Part shown: positions 39,730 to 48,546 of the stretch, piece after piece
How positions within the stretch are numbered: the first letter of the stretch is position 1
Layout of the letters: each line of letters starts with the position of its first letter
NCBI GenBank assembly: GCA_965200645.1
Contig: CBDAUN010000002.1
Span: forward strand, 309,871 to 373,870
Length of the DNA: 64,000 nucleotides
Source of the DNA: Arenicellales bacterium
Lineage (GTDB): Bacteria > Pseudomonadota > Gammaproteobacteria > Arenicellales > JAJDZL01
Direction: 5' to 3'
Made by a program: the position numbers and the translations under genes
The notes under the pieces: generated by a model
The model's input: only the letters and a program-made list of their open reading frames with translations
Told to the model about the DNA's origin: nothing
The model's database searches: none

Positions 39730-42722
39730 TAGATTCGCAACCGTATCGCCACCTTGATGGTGGCGCCATAGATCGCGGTAAACCGTTGAAGTTTAAATTC
39801 GACGGGAACCCCTATAACGGGTTTCAGGGCGATACACTCGCATCTGCACTGTTGGCCAATGGTGTTCGGCTGGTGGGTCGAAGTTTCAAATATCATCGTC
39901 GGCGCGGAATATTTGGACTTGGCGTTGAAGAGCCGAGTGCGTTGATACAGTTACGATCAGGTAATCGATCCGAACCCAACATTAGAGCTACTGAAATTGA
40001 GTTATTTGACGGACTGCAAGCCTATTCGCAAAACCGTTGGCCCAGTTTAGCGTGGGACATCGGGTCAACTGCAAACCTGATGTCTCCACTACTTCCGGCA
40101 GGGTTCTACTACAAAACATTTATGTGGCCAGCATCTGCGTGGATGCATTATGAGCGCTACATTAGAAGAGCAGCAGGATTGGGTAAATCTGCTACTGTTC
40201 CAGACCCCGATACTTACTCCAAACTTTACCAATTTTGTGAAGTTCTGGTCGTTGGAGCAGGCCCAGCTGGAATATCCGCAGCATTATCAGCCAGTAAATC
40301 TGGTGCGAGAATCATCCTGATGGATGAAACCGCAAGTCCCGGTGGTAGGTTGTGTTTTGACAACCAACAGATCGATAACGCAGCGGCATCGAAGTGGATT
40401 GATTCCTCACTCAAGCAGCTTCGCAACATGCCAAATGTAGAAGTTCTAACTAGGACTACGGCGGTAGGTTTCTACGATGACAACATGCTCGTGGCTTTGG
40501 AGCGTATTGCCGACCACAGGCTTGTACCGGAACGACATGAAGACAGACAAAGAGTCCGTTGGATTCGTGCCAATCAAGTAGTTTTGGCAACCGGTGCAAT
40601 TGAAAGGTCGATTGCCTTTCACAACAACGACAAACCCGGTGTAATGTTGGCCTCTGCGGTACGCGGTTATGCTAACAGATACGCAGTTAAGGCGGGTCGC
40701 CAAGCAATCGTGTTCACGAATAACGACAGTGCCTATGCTACTGTCTCTGCATTACGAAGCGTTGGTACAGAAGTCGTTGCGATTGTAGATTCTCGACCAT
40801 CTTCTGCTGGTAAATTTGCTTTGGCACATGTTAAGGATGAACCAATAATGCAAGGATATGTGGTCGCTAAAGTCAATGGATACGATCGGGTGAAGTCAGT
40901 CGAAGTTGTTCGGTTGGTTGATGGTGAAACCGTTTTGGGCTCAGAAAAATTTCAATGTGATGCACTCTGTGTGTCAGGTGGATGGAACCCGACGTTGCAT
41001 TTGTATTCGCAAGCTCAGGGAAAATTGCGGTATGACCAGGACTACGCAGCATTTCACCGTCAAGGCTCTATGTCTGGCATTCATGTAGCAGGCTGTGCGG
41101 ACGGTGCAATTTCGACCTTACAATGCATCCAACAGGGTAGTGCCGCTGGAGTGGACGCGGCAGCGGCGGCTGGGACTAATGTCAATCAGGAGTTCGCACC
41201 TCCGACAGCATCGGATTGGGTGGAATCGCCAATGATTCCACTGTGGAAAGTCCCGACACATGGTAATAAGCGCACCAAGCGTTTTGTAGATATCCAAAAT
41301 GATGTGACTGTCGATGACGTCGAACTTGCTTCGCGTGAAGGTTATTTATCAGTTGAGCATCTAAAACGCTATACAACTTTGGGCATGGGCACCGATCAGG
41401 GTCGCACGAGTAATGTTATTGGACTTGTGGAACTTGCTCAGCTGCGCAATGAAACGGTTCAGCAGGTCGGGCACACAACCTTTCGCCCCCCTTATTCTCC
41501 GGTTGCTCTTGGAGCCATTGCATCTGGCGAACATGGTGTACACATGTCGCCAGTCAGACGCACCGCGATTCATGACTGGCATGTTGAAAATGGCGGTGAT
41601 ATGCAAAACTCTGGTGCTTGGCACCGGCCTGCAATTTACCCAAGACCCGGTGAACAAATTCGTGACACGATCATTAGAGAAACTCTTCATGTTCGGTCAA
41701 AGGTAGCAATTGCTGATGTATCAACGCTTGGAAAAATTGCCGTTCAGGGACGTGATGCTGCCGAATTTCTGGAGCGAGTTTACATCAACCGCTGGAAGTC
41801 TTTGCCGATTGGACGTGTTCGGTACGGACTGATGCTCCGAGAAGATGGATATGTTTTTGATGATGGCACTACCACTCGAATTGGTGAAAATGAGTACTAC
41901 ATGACAACAACTACGGCGAATGCCGCAGGGGTCATGTCTCATCTGGAGTTTTATGCCCAGACCGTGTGGCCAGAGCTTCATGTACATTTGACTTCTATCA
42001 CGGATCAATGGTCAGCACTGGCATTGGCCGGGCCGTACAGCCGAGATGTACTCAATGAGGTGCTTGAAAGTGCCAGTGCAAGTGACGAAAGTCTACCCTA
42101 CATGGGTTTCGTAGAAGGAACCATTGACGAGGTACCTGCCAGAGTATTCAGGGTGAGCTTTTCAGGCGAACTCGGATATGAAATTCACATGCCATCAAGA
42201 TCGGCGGTAGATATTTGGAAAACAGTTTTGAAAGCTGGAAAACCATGGGATATATCCACCTATGGACTTGAAGCCCTTACGGTACTACGCATAGAAAAGG
42301 GTCACGTCGTTGCCGCTGAGTTGGATGGAAGAACTACGGCAAAGGATCTGGGGTTTGAACGCATGATGCGCAAGGATTTGGACTTCATCGGAGGTCGCCT
42401 GGCACAGCGAATTGGTATGGTAGAAGGTGGACGAAAACAACTAGTAGGCCTGGTGTCAAAGAATGGGCGCCCCATTCCACATGGAGCGCAAATCGTTGCT
42501 AGTGCCGACAACAAGCCACCAGCTGAAACGATGGGTCATGTCACTTCGGCTTGTTATAGTCCTCATCTTGAAAAGGACATCGCGCTGGGGCTGGTTGTAG
42601 ATGGTACGCAACTTTATGGAAGCGTCGTACACGCCGCATCGCCATTGACAGGGATGTCAGTTCCTGTAGAAATTGTACATAATGTTTTTTTCGACCCAAC
42701 CGGCGAAAGGACTCGAAACTAA
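39726..42722 (+). CDS. soxA: sarcosine oxidase family, alpha subunit
   Basis: 998 aa. It has an N-terminal 2Fe-2S-like/NAD-binding region (VLVVGAGPAGISAAL) and a C-terminal GcvT-like folate-binding domain (LGKIAVQGRDAAEFL..., GELGYEIH). It overlaps soxD by 4 nt. Confidence 0.88.
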   Translation: MIDSQPYRHLDGGAIDRGKPLKFKFDGNPYNGFQGDTLASALLANGVRLVGRSFKYHRRRGIFGLGVEEPSALIQLRSGNRSEPNIRATEIELFDGLQAYSQNRWPSLAWDIGSTANLMSPLLPAGFYYKTFMWPASAWMHYERYIRRAAGLGKSATVPDPDTYSKLYQFCEVLVVGAGPAGISAALSASKSGARIILMDETASPGGRLCFDNQQIDNAAASKWIDSSLKQLRNMPNVEVLTRTTAVGFYDDNMLVALERIADHRLVPERHEDRQRVRWIRANQVVLATGAIERSIAFHNNDKPGVMLASAVRGYANRYAVKAGRQAIVFTNNDSAYATVSALRSVGTEVVAIVDSRPSSAGKFALAHVKDEPIMQGYVVAKVNGYDRVKSVEVVRLVDGETVLGSEKFQCDALCVSGGWNPTLHLYSQAQGKLRYDQDYAAFHRQGSMSGIHVAGCADGAISTLQCIQQGSAAGVDAAAAAGTNVNQEFAPPTASDWVESPMIPLWKVPTHGNKRTKRFVDIQNDVTVDDVELASREGYLSVEHLKRYTTLGMGTDQGRTSNVIGLVELAQLRNETVQQVGHTTFRPPYSPVALGAIASGEHGVHMSPVRRTAIHDWHVENGGDMQNSGAWHRPAIYPRPGEQIRDTIIRETLHVRSKVAIADVSTLGKIAVQGRDAAEFLERVYINRWKSLPIGRVRYGLMLREDGYVFDDGTTTRIGENEYYMTTTTANAAGVMSHLEFYAQTVWPELHVHLTSITDQWSALALAGPYSRDVLNEVLESASASDESLPYMGFVEGTIDEVPARVFRVSFSGELGYEIHMPSRSAVDIWKTVLKAGKPWDISTYGLEALTVLRIEKGHVVAAELDGRTTAKDLGFERMMRKDLDFIGGRLAQRIGMVEGGRKQLVGLVSKNGRPIPHGAQIVASADNKPPAETMGHVTSACYSPHLEKDIALGLVVDGTQLYGSVVHAASPLTGMSVPVEIVHNVFFDPTGERTRN

Positions 42723-42735
42723 GGCGAACAGTAGC

Positions 42736-43245
42736 ATGCAAATTTCGTTAAATGAAAGAATTGCTGGTTCTTTATTTCAGTTACACGGGCTACAGGAAGG
42801 CAACTGTGATCAGTTCATTAAAGAATTTGAATTCGAGCAACTGCCCGATATTGGAAAGTCAGTGGCTACATCGCTTGCAGTTCTGATGTGGAATGGTCCA
42901 GGGATGTGGATGTTGGAGTGCAAATTAGACTCACCCGATAGAACCGCAAAGAAGTTAACCAAGATATTTGACACTACCGAAATCTCTATAGTTGACTTAT
43001 CATCGGCGCGAACCATTATTCAGGTAACCGGTAAGATGGCCTCAAGACTGATAAAAAAGGGTAGTCCTGTAGACATTGATTCGCTTGAGGTGAATTCTGT
43101 TGTTTCTACTCTGATTGGTCATACGAGTGTCTTGATTCATTATCACGATGAATTGAGTTATGACATTTATGTGATGCAAACCTTCGGAACAGACTTTTGG
43201 CATTGGTGTGCGTATAACGCAGCAGAGTTTGGCTTCAAAAGATGA
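42736..43245 (+). CDS. soxG: sarcosine oxidase family, gamma subunit
   Basis: 169 aa from ATG 42736 (MQISLNERIAGS...). It is the last gene in the B-D-A-G order, with size and position typical of the gamma subunit. The 42673 start in the ORF track overlaps soxA and is unlikely. Confidence 0.7.
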   Translation: MQISLNERIAGSLFQLHGLQEGNCDQFIKEFEFEQLPDIGKSVATSLAVLMWNGPGMWMLECKLDSPDRTAKKLTKIFDTTEISIVDLSSARTIIQVTGKMASRLIKKGSPVDIDSLEVNSVVSTLIGHTSVLIHYHDELSYDIYVMQTFGTDFWHWCAYNAAEFGFKR

Positions 43246-43300
43246 CAGATGAGCAAAATTTAGCGAAGCGCTTTGTATTCAAAATGAAATAGTTTCTGCC

Positions 43301-43750
43301 ATGCGTGTTTTTCTGTATTCAATTTGGTTGCCGATTGCGGTCCTCGTTATTTTTGTAATGAGGGCGACCGTCTTTGGAACAGTTGACTCCAGACTAATTG
43401 AAGACTTTCTGTCAATCAGCAATCTTCTTTACCTGTTTGCTGTCACTTGGCCGTGCGGGCTACCACTTACCTTTGTGTTGATGAGACTACATCGACACAG
43501 TCGAATTGCGACAGGAATTCTGATCGTTCTGCTCGTTCCGCTGTCTGGCCTGTTTGCAATGTATGGTGGATTGTTTGGTCCGTTTGGAACCTTAATTTAC
43601 TCAGCGTCAGCATCTATTCCGGCATGGGTAGTTTGGGGAATTTATGCACTTTTAGAATATCGCCGCCGACCGGATGTGACTGATGATATAGATGAACTGA
43701 AAGCCTTACCGGATGAATCAAAAGGCCGAAAACAAAAACTTTTAAAATGA
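43301..43750 (+). CDS. small integral membrane protein, unknown function
   Basis: 149 aa with about 4 hydrophobic helices and a charged C-terminal tail (RRRPDVTDDIDELKALPDESKGRKQK). I recognise no family. Confidence 0.5.
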   Translation: MRVFLYSIWLPIAVLVIFVMRATVFGTVDSRLIEDFLSISNLLYLFAVTWPCGLPLTFVLMRLHRHSRIATGILIVLLVPLSGLFAMYGGLFGPFGTLIYSASASIPAWVVWGIYALLEYRRRPDVTDDIDELKALPDESKGRKQKLLK

Positions 43751-43756
43751 TGACTT

Positions 43757-44512
43757 ATGCCTGCTATTCAAGCCGTTACCTTTGATCTGTGGGACACCAT
43801 CATTCAGGATGATTCTGACGAACAAACCCGTCGTGAACGTGGACTCAGAACTAAATTCGTTGAACGACGTCAAATTGTATGGGAACTGTTGGGGAGCGTA
43901 AAACCCATTCCCTACGAAGTGGCAGAACAAGCCTACAGTCTAGTGGATGCAGCGTTCAACAAAGTATGGCACGAACAGTTTGTCACTTGGTCGGTTGCTG
44001 AAAGGCTGGACTTGATTGCTAAAGGCCTGGGCGTGGCAATTGCTAGTGACTCAATGAGTGCGGCAATACAAAAGTTGGAAGTGATGGAAGTGGAAGTGCC
44101 GCCAAATCCAATTGAAGGTATTGAGGAAGTTTTGTCTGAATTAGCAACAAAATATCCATTAGCTGTAATTTCAGATGCGATAGTTACGCCTGGACGAGAA
44201 CTGCGCTCATGGTTGAAGAAGTTCAATATGTACCATTACTTTTCAGGGTTTGCATTTTCTGATGAAGTAGGTCACTCTAAACCGCATCCGGAAATCTTTG
44301 AATCTGCCGCATCACAACTGAGTGTCGATCTATCTGGCGTCGTTCACATAGGCGACCGAGAGCATAATGACATTAAAGGTGCGCACGCAATGAATATGCG
44401 AGCCATTCTGTTTACAGGCAGTCGGAAAACGGATCTTAAAAATAACACGGCTGATGCAGTGTGTTCGTGTTATAGCGAACTCCCAGAAATTTTGCACAGG
44501 CTGGCCAGTTAA
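43757..44512 (+). CDS. HAD-superfamily hydrolase (subfamily IA-like)
   Basis: 251 aa with HAD motif I (VTFDLWDTII), motif II (AVISDA) and motifs III/IV (HSKPHPEIF ... HIGDREHNDIKGA). Confidence 0.75.
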   Translation: MPAIQAVTFDLWDTIIQDDSDEQTRRERGLRTKFVERRQIVWELLGSVKPIPYEVAEQAYSLVDAAFNKVWHEQFVTWSVAERLDLIAKGLGVAIASDSMSAAIQKLEVMEVEVPPNPIEGIEEVLSELATKYPLAVISDAIVTPGRELRSWLKKFNMYHYFSGFAFSDEVGHSKPHPEIFESAASQLSVDLSGVVHIGDREHNDIKGAHAMNMRAILFTGSRKTDLKNNTADAVCSCYSELPEILHRLAS

Positions 44513-44538
44513 CCACTTGGCTGATAGGGATTTACGAA

Positions 44539-45414
44539 ATGTTCGATAATAAATTTCGAATTCTGGTGATTGAAGGATACCAACAGTCCGCTAGGGAAGA
44601 ACTCATTCAAGGCGGAATGGCTGCGGCATCCGAAATCTATAAAAAGATGTTTTTGAACTTGGCTCCAAATGCCTCAATCGACATTGTTACGCCAGCAGAT
44701 TCAGGTGCCACAGTACCTACAAATTCGGGATTGAAGTCTTATGACGGCGCTGCAATGACAGGATCAAGTCTTTCGGTATTGGATTCGGATAACCCAGCTG
44801 TTCAGTCGCAATTCGGACTTGTTAGTGACCTGTTCGAACAAGGTGTGCCATCCTTCGGTAGTTGTTGGGCCATGCAAGTCGGTGTTGTAGTCGCTGGTGG
44901 TAAAGTGGGCGTTAACCCGAAGGGCCGAGAAATGGGTTTTGCACGCAAAATAGCGCTCACTGAAAATGGTAAAAGCCATCCGTTTTACGAAGGCAAGACG
45001 GATGTCTTTGACTCTTTTGCCAGCCATGAGGATGAAGTAGTGTCACCTCCGCCCGATTCAACGGTGCTTTCTGGAAATTCGATTTCCGCTGTTCAATCAA
45101 TGGAAATACGACATCTCAATGGAGTCATGTGGTGCGTTCAATATCATCCAGAGTATGACACGCAGGAACTGGCTGCGCTGATTCGGTGTCGCAAGGAAAA
45201 GTTAATCGATATGGGGTTTTTCGAAAATGCCGAAAGTCTGGCAGACTTCACCGAGAAACTGAAACTTGTTCATAATGATGGTGACCGGAAGGACTTGACT
45301 TGGGCTTTGGGGATAGATGGCGACATTCTGGATGCGCCGACACGGCAACGTGAAGTCATCAACTGGCTCCAATATCAGGTGTTGCCACGATACCGACAAA
45401 GAACCAGCGTTTAA
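44539..45414 (+). CDS. class-I (type 1) glutamine amidotransferase-like protein
   Basis: 291 aa with a nucleophile elbow (FGSCWAMQ) and a distal His/Glu context (VQYHPEYD). The substrate is unknown. Confidence 0.65.
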   Translation: MFDNKFRILVIEGYQQSAREELIQGGMAAASEIYKKMFLNLAPNASIDIVTPADSGATVPTNSGLKSYDGAAMTGSSLSVLDSDNPAVQSQFGLVSDLFEQGVPSFGSCWAMQVGVVVAGGKVGVNPKGREMGFARKIALTENGKSHPFYEGKTDVFDSFASHEDEVVSPPPDSTVLSGNSISAVQSMEIRHLNGVMWCVQYHPEYDTQELAALIRCRKEKLIDMGFFENAESLADFTEKLKLVHNDGDRKDLTWALGIDGDILDAPTRQREVINWLQYQVLPRYRQRTSV

Positions 45415-46271
45415 GGTTTTTCTCCCTGTGCTAGACGGCGGTTTACATCGTCGATCACATCCAGTAGTTCCGTAAATTCATCTACTACGTAGTGGGCTCC
45501 AGCCTGGTTCAGTAATCCTCGGGTGTGTACCAGGCGTTTGGCGAATTCTTCTTCACTCAACTTATCTCTCTCGGCAAAAGAATTGATGTTCAGATAGTTA
45601 CTGTATTTGGCTATACCTACAGTCCAACATCCCGCTTCTAAACCCTCATCAATACCGGAAGTAGTATCGTCTACCTTGATGACGGACTGAATCGGATGAG
45701 CGTCAAGGAGGTCGAGATTTCGATAGAGCATAAATGGCTTGGGGCGATTGCCGTGTATCACATCATCTCCTGCAACTGAAGCGTCTGGCACATACCCCTG
45801 CTTTTTTGCTTCTGCTTCTAGAATGTCAACCATGCTTCTAACAAAACCCGTGGTGCACCCAATTTTGATACTGGAAGCTTGGATTTTTTTTGCTGTTTTT
45901 GCGACTCCCGGTAGCAGTTTTGAATACTGTTTTATGCAGGCTAATTGCAAGGGTACAAAGTCTTCATACATACCATCCACATCATCTTGTGTAGGTGCGG
46001 TGTTGTGAACCTTTATCCATCTGTCTTTAATTTTAGGATCTTCGATTAGTGCTTTGATGTGCAGGTCTTTACGCAGTCCCATTGGGCCTCGAGCTTCCTC
46101 CATGGAAATTTCGATCCCTTGTTTTGCAAAAACCTCGACAAACACTACAGTGGGTGCGATAACGTATGCATCGGCTGTGGTGCCGCTCCAATCCAATACT
46201 AGAGCCTTAACTTTCCCTCGATAAGTTCTGGTGAATGCGAACTCAGTACTCATAAAATTTTTCAACAGCAC
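45411..46271 (-). CDS. phnX: phosphonoacetaldehyde hydrolase (phosphonatase)
   Basis: It aligns block for block with my recollection of Bacillus cereus PhnX: LDWSGTTAD (FDWAGTTVD), EEARGPMGLRKDLHIKAL (Schiff-base Lys region), IKIGCTTGF, NRPKPFM, KVDDTTSGIDEGLEAGCWTVGI. The start may be the internal Met at 46253. Confidence 0.85.
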   Translation of the reverse strand: MLLKNFMSTEFAFTRTYRGKVKALVLDWSGTTADAYVIAPTVVFVEVFAKQGIEISMEEARGPMGLRKDLHIKALIEDPKIKDRWIKVHNTAPTQDDVDGMYEDFVPLQLACIKQYSKLLPGVAKTAKKIQASSIKIGCTTGFVRSMVDILEAEAKKQGYVPDASVAGDDVIHGNRPKPFMLYRNLDLLDAHPIQSVIKVDDTTSGIDEGLEAGCWTVGIAKYSNYLNINSFAERDKLSEEEFAKRLVHTRGLLNQAGAHYVVDEFTELLDVIDDVNRRLAQGEKP

Positions 46272-46337
46272 AAACTATTCAATTCAGATTGCTTACAAGT
46301 TTACTACAGCAGCAAGTTAACTCGAAAGAGCCCCACC

Positions 46338-47717
46338 TCAGATGATACTCTTAAGTTGGTCTAGACAATCATAAGCGGTGTTGACTAGGTCATCGATTTG
46401 AGAATTGGTAATGATTAACGGTGGTGAAATTACCATGGTGTCGCCTACGGCTCTCATCACAAGACCCGAACTAAAGCAGATGTCTCGAAGTTTTGGCCCC
46501 ATGCTTTGATCAGGCAAAAATCGATTTCCATCTATATCCTTGACTATCTCTAACGCACCAACCATCCCAATACTGCGGGCTTCGCCAACGCATGGATGAT
46601 CTTCCAAAGTTTTCCATTTTGAGTATAGATGTGGCCCTGTAATGTCTTTAACTTGCTTGATAATCCCCTCATCCTGAAGTATCCGAATATTGGCAATCGC
46701 AACTGCACAAGATGCAGGGTGGCCAGAGTAGGTAAAACCGTGTGCGAACTCCCCACCGTTGTCAATTAATACGGACGCCACTTCATCCGACACCATCACT
46801 CCTGCGATGGGGAGGTAACCTGATGACAACCCCTTTGCCAAGGTCATAAGATCAGGTTTTATTCCATAGTAGTCGCTACCAAACCACTCACCGGTCCGTC
46901 CGAATCCGCAAATCACCTCATCTGCAATCAGCAGGATTCCATATTTTTCGCAAATTCTATTGATTTCAGGCCAGTATGTGTCAGGTGGCAGGATGACTCC
47001 GCCAGCTCCTTGAATTGGTTCACCAATAAAGGCGGCGATTCGGTCTGCGCCTAATTTCAGAATTTCTTCTTCCAGTGCTTGCGCACAAATTCGGCCAAAT
47101 TCAACTTCAGAATAACTCCTTCCTTCACCAAACCAGTATGGCTGGCGAATGTGCACAATTTCTGGAATAGGTAACCCTCCCTGTTCGTGCATCGCCACCA
47201 TGCCGCCTAAACTAGCAGCTCCCATGGTGCTACCGTGGTATGAGTTAACCCTACTGATGATGATTGACTTTTCAGCATGGCCACGCAGTGCCCAATATCG
47301 GCGCACCATGCGAATTATGGTGTCGTTGGCCTCTGAACCAGAATTGGTAAAGAACACATGGTTCAAGCCATCGGGTGTAATACTCGTTAGAAGATTTGAA
47401 AGTTCAATCGCGGGCGGATGCGAAGTTTGGAAGAAAGTGTTGTAGTAAGGCAAGGAATTCATCTGCCTGGCAGCAGCTTCGGCGAGCTCTTTTCTTCCAT
47501 AGCCGACATTGACACACCACAGTCCCGCCATTCCGTCAATGATTTTATTTCCTTCAGAATCCCAAATATAAATACCCTCAGCACGGGTGATTATTCTGCT
47601 GCCGATCTTTTGCAGCGAGCGATAGTCGGTGAATGGATGAAGATGATGTTCGTTGTCTAGGGACTGTAGCTCTGGAGTTGAAAGCTGGTCTAGTGAGTCG
47701 TACATATTCCTATTCAT
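46338..47717 (-). CDS. class-III (omega) pyridoxal-phosphate aminotransferase-fold enzyme, SpuC/omega-amino acid:pyruvate type
   Basis: 459 aa with HLHPFTD, WCVNVGYGR, SGSEANDT, DEVICGFGRTGEWFG and TLAKGLSSGYLPI (PLP lysine). Confidence 0.8.
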   Translation of the reverse strand: MNRNMYDSLDQLSTPELQSLDNEHHLHPFTDYRSLQKIGSRIITRAEGIYIWDSEGNKIIDGMAGLWCVNVGYGRKELAEAAARQMNSLPYYNTFFQTSHPPAIELSNLLTSITPDGLNHVFFTNSGSEANDTIIRMVRRYWALRGHAEKSIIISRVNSYHGSTMGAASLGGMVAMHEQGGLPIPEIVHIRQPYWFGEGRSYSEVEFGRICAQALEEEILKLGADRIAAFIGEPIQGAGGVILPPDTYWPEINRICEKYGILLIADEVICGFGRTGEWFGSDYYGIKPDLMTLAKGLSSGYLPIAGVMVSDEVASVLIDNGGEFAHGFTYSGHPASCAVAIANIRILQDEGIIKQVKDITGPHLYSKWKTLEDHPCVGEARSIGMVGALEIVKDIDGNRFLPDQSMGPKLRDICFSSGLVMRAVGDTMVISPPLIITNSQIDDLVNTAYDCLDQLKSII

Positions 47718-47736
47718 TGGTTTTTTCGTGAGCAGT

Positions 47737-48363
47737 TCAATCTTCTTGAATCTGGTCTTTTACTCGCGGGTCATCGATAATTTGTATTGTTTGTTTATAC
47801 GGTGAAAATCCAGCTTGTTGGTAAGTTGAAATTGCCTTTGGATGATCGAGGTTACAGGTGTGCACCCATAATCTATTGGTGTCCTTCGTCCATGCTTTTT
47901 CCACTGACCACATCATGAAATATTTCCCCAGTCCTCTTCCTATAAATTCCGGAACGAAACCAAAATAGGCGATTTGAGGTTCACTTCCGTTCTGGAAATC
48001 AAGTTCAACAAAACCAGCCGGGGTACCTTGAACGTATAGTACATAAAGATGCACATCTGGGTGGTGAATAATGGCTGCCAACTCCTTATCCGAAAGAAGA
48101 TTTCTCTCATACCAGCACCAGGCACTACCGACGGCGTTATACAAATATCGATAGAATGACAGTGTTGGTTTGCGCGCACGAATAATCGAAATTCCATCGG
48201 ACCGGGTTCTGCTTTCCTTGAATTTGGGCGGCTTGTTCATTTCCAGATAGGTGATCACCATGCGTAATTTCCCATGTGGCAAATCTTCGTGATCAGATGT
48301 GTAGTGACTTTCACCAGCGGTCGGAGCTGAAGGATGATGCACAAGTTTTGAAGGTGGAGCCAT
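47737..48363 (-). CDS. GNAT-family N-acetyltransferase
   Basis: 208 aa with an acetyl-CoA binding beta-alpha motif (FVPEFIGRGLGKYFM) and a C-terminal NLDHPKAISTYQQAGF. It is the first gene of a three-gene minus-strand unit, 19 nt from the next gene. Confidence 0.7.
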   Translation of the reverse strand: MAPPSKLVHHPSAPTAGESHYTSDHEDLPHGKLRMVITYLEMNKPPKFKESRTRSDGISIIRARKPTLSFYRYLYNAVGSAWCWYERNLLSDKELAAIIHHPDVHLYVLYVQGTPAGFVELDFQNGSEPQIAYFGFVPEFIGRGLGKYFMMWSVEKAWTKDTNRLWVHTCNLDHPKAISTYQQAGFSPYKQTIQIIDDPRVKDQIQED

Positions 48364-48546
48364 AAAATGATGTTGCTAGAGTCTAGTATGATGAGGTTTA
48401 TTTCATGGAATTTGAAAGCAATAAGTTAGATTGCCTAATGTTTTGATTATATTGTATTAATTGGAACTCAATGAAAAGTCCATACACGGTCTTACGACTG
48501 TAGTTCATAGTAATTGTCGGTATAATTCTCGGGTGAACTCAATCGA

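Noticed and set aside
45411-45414. The convergent amidotransferase-like gene and phnX overlap tail to tail. Both stop codons are contained in one palindromic TTAA.
   Set aside because: This is real but probably a trivial consequence of genome compaction. There is no space for a terminator and no further structure is visible. I note it only as a curiosity.
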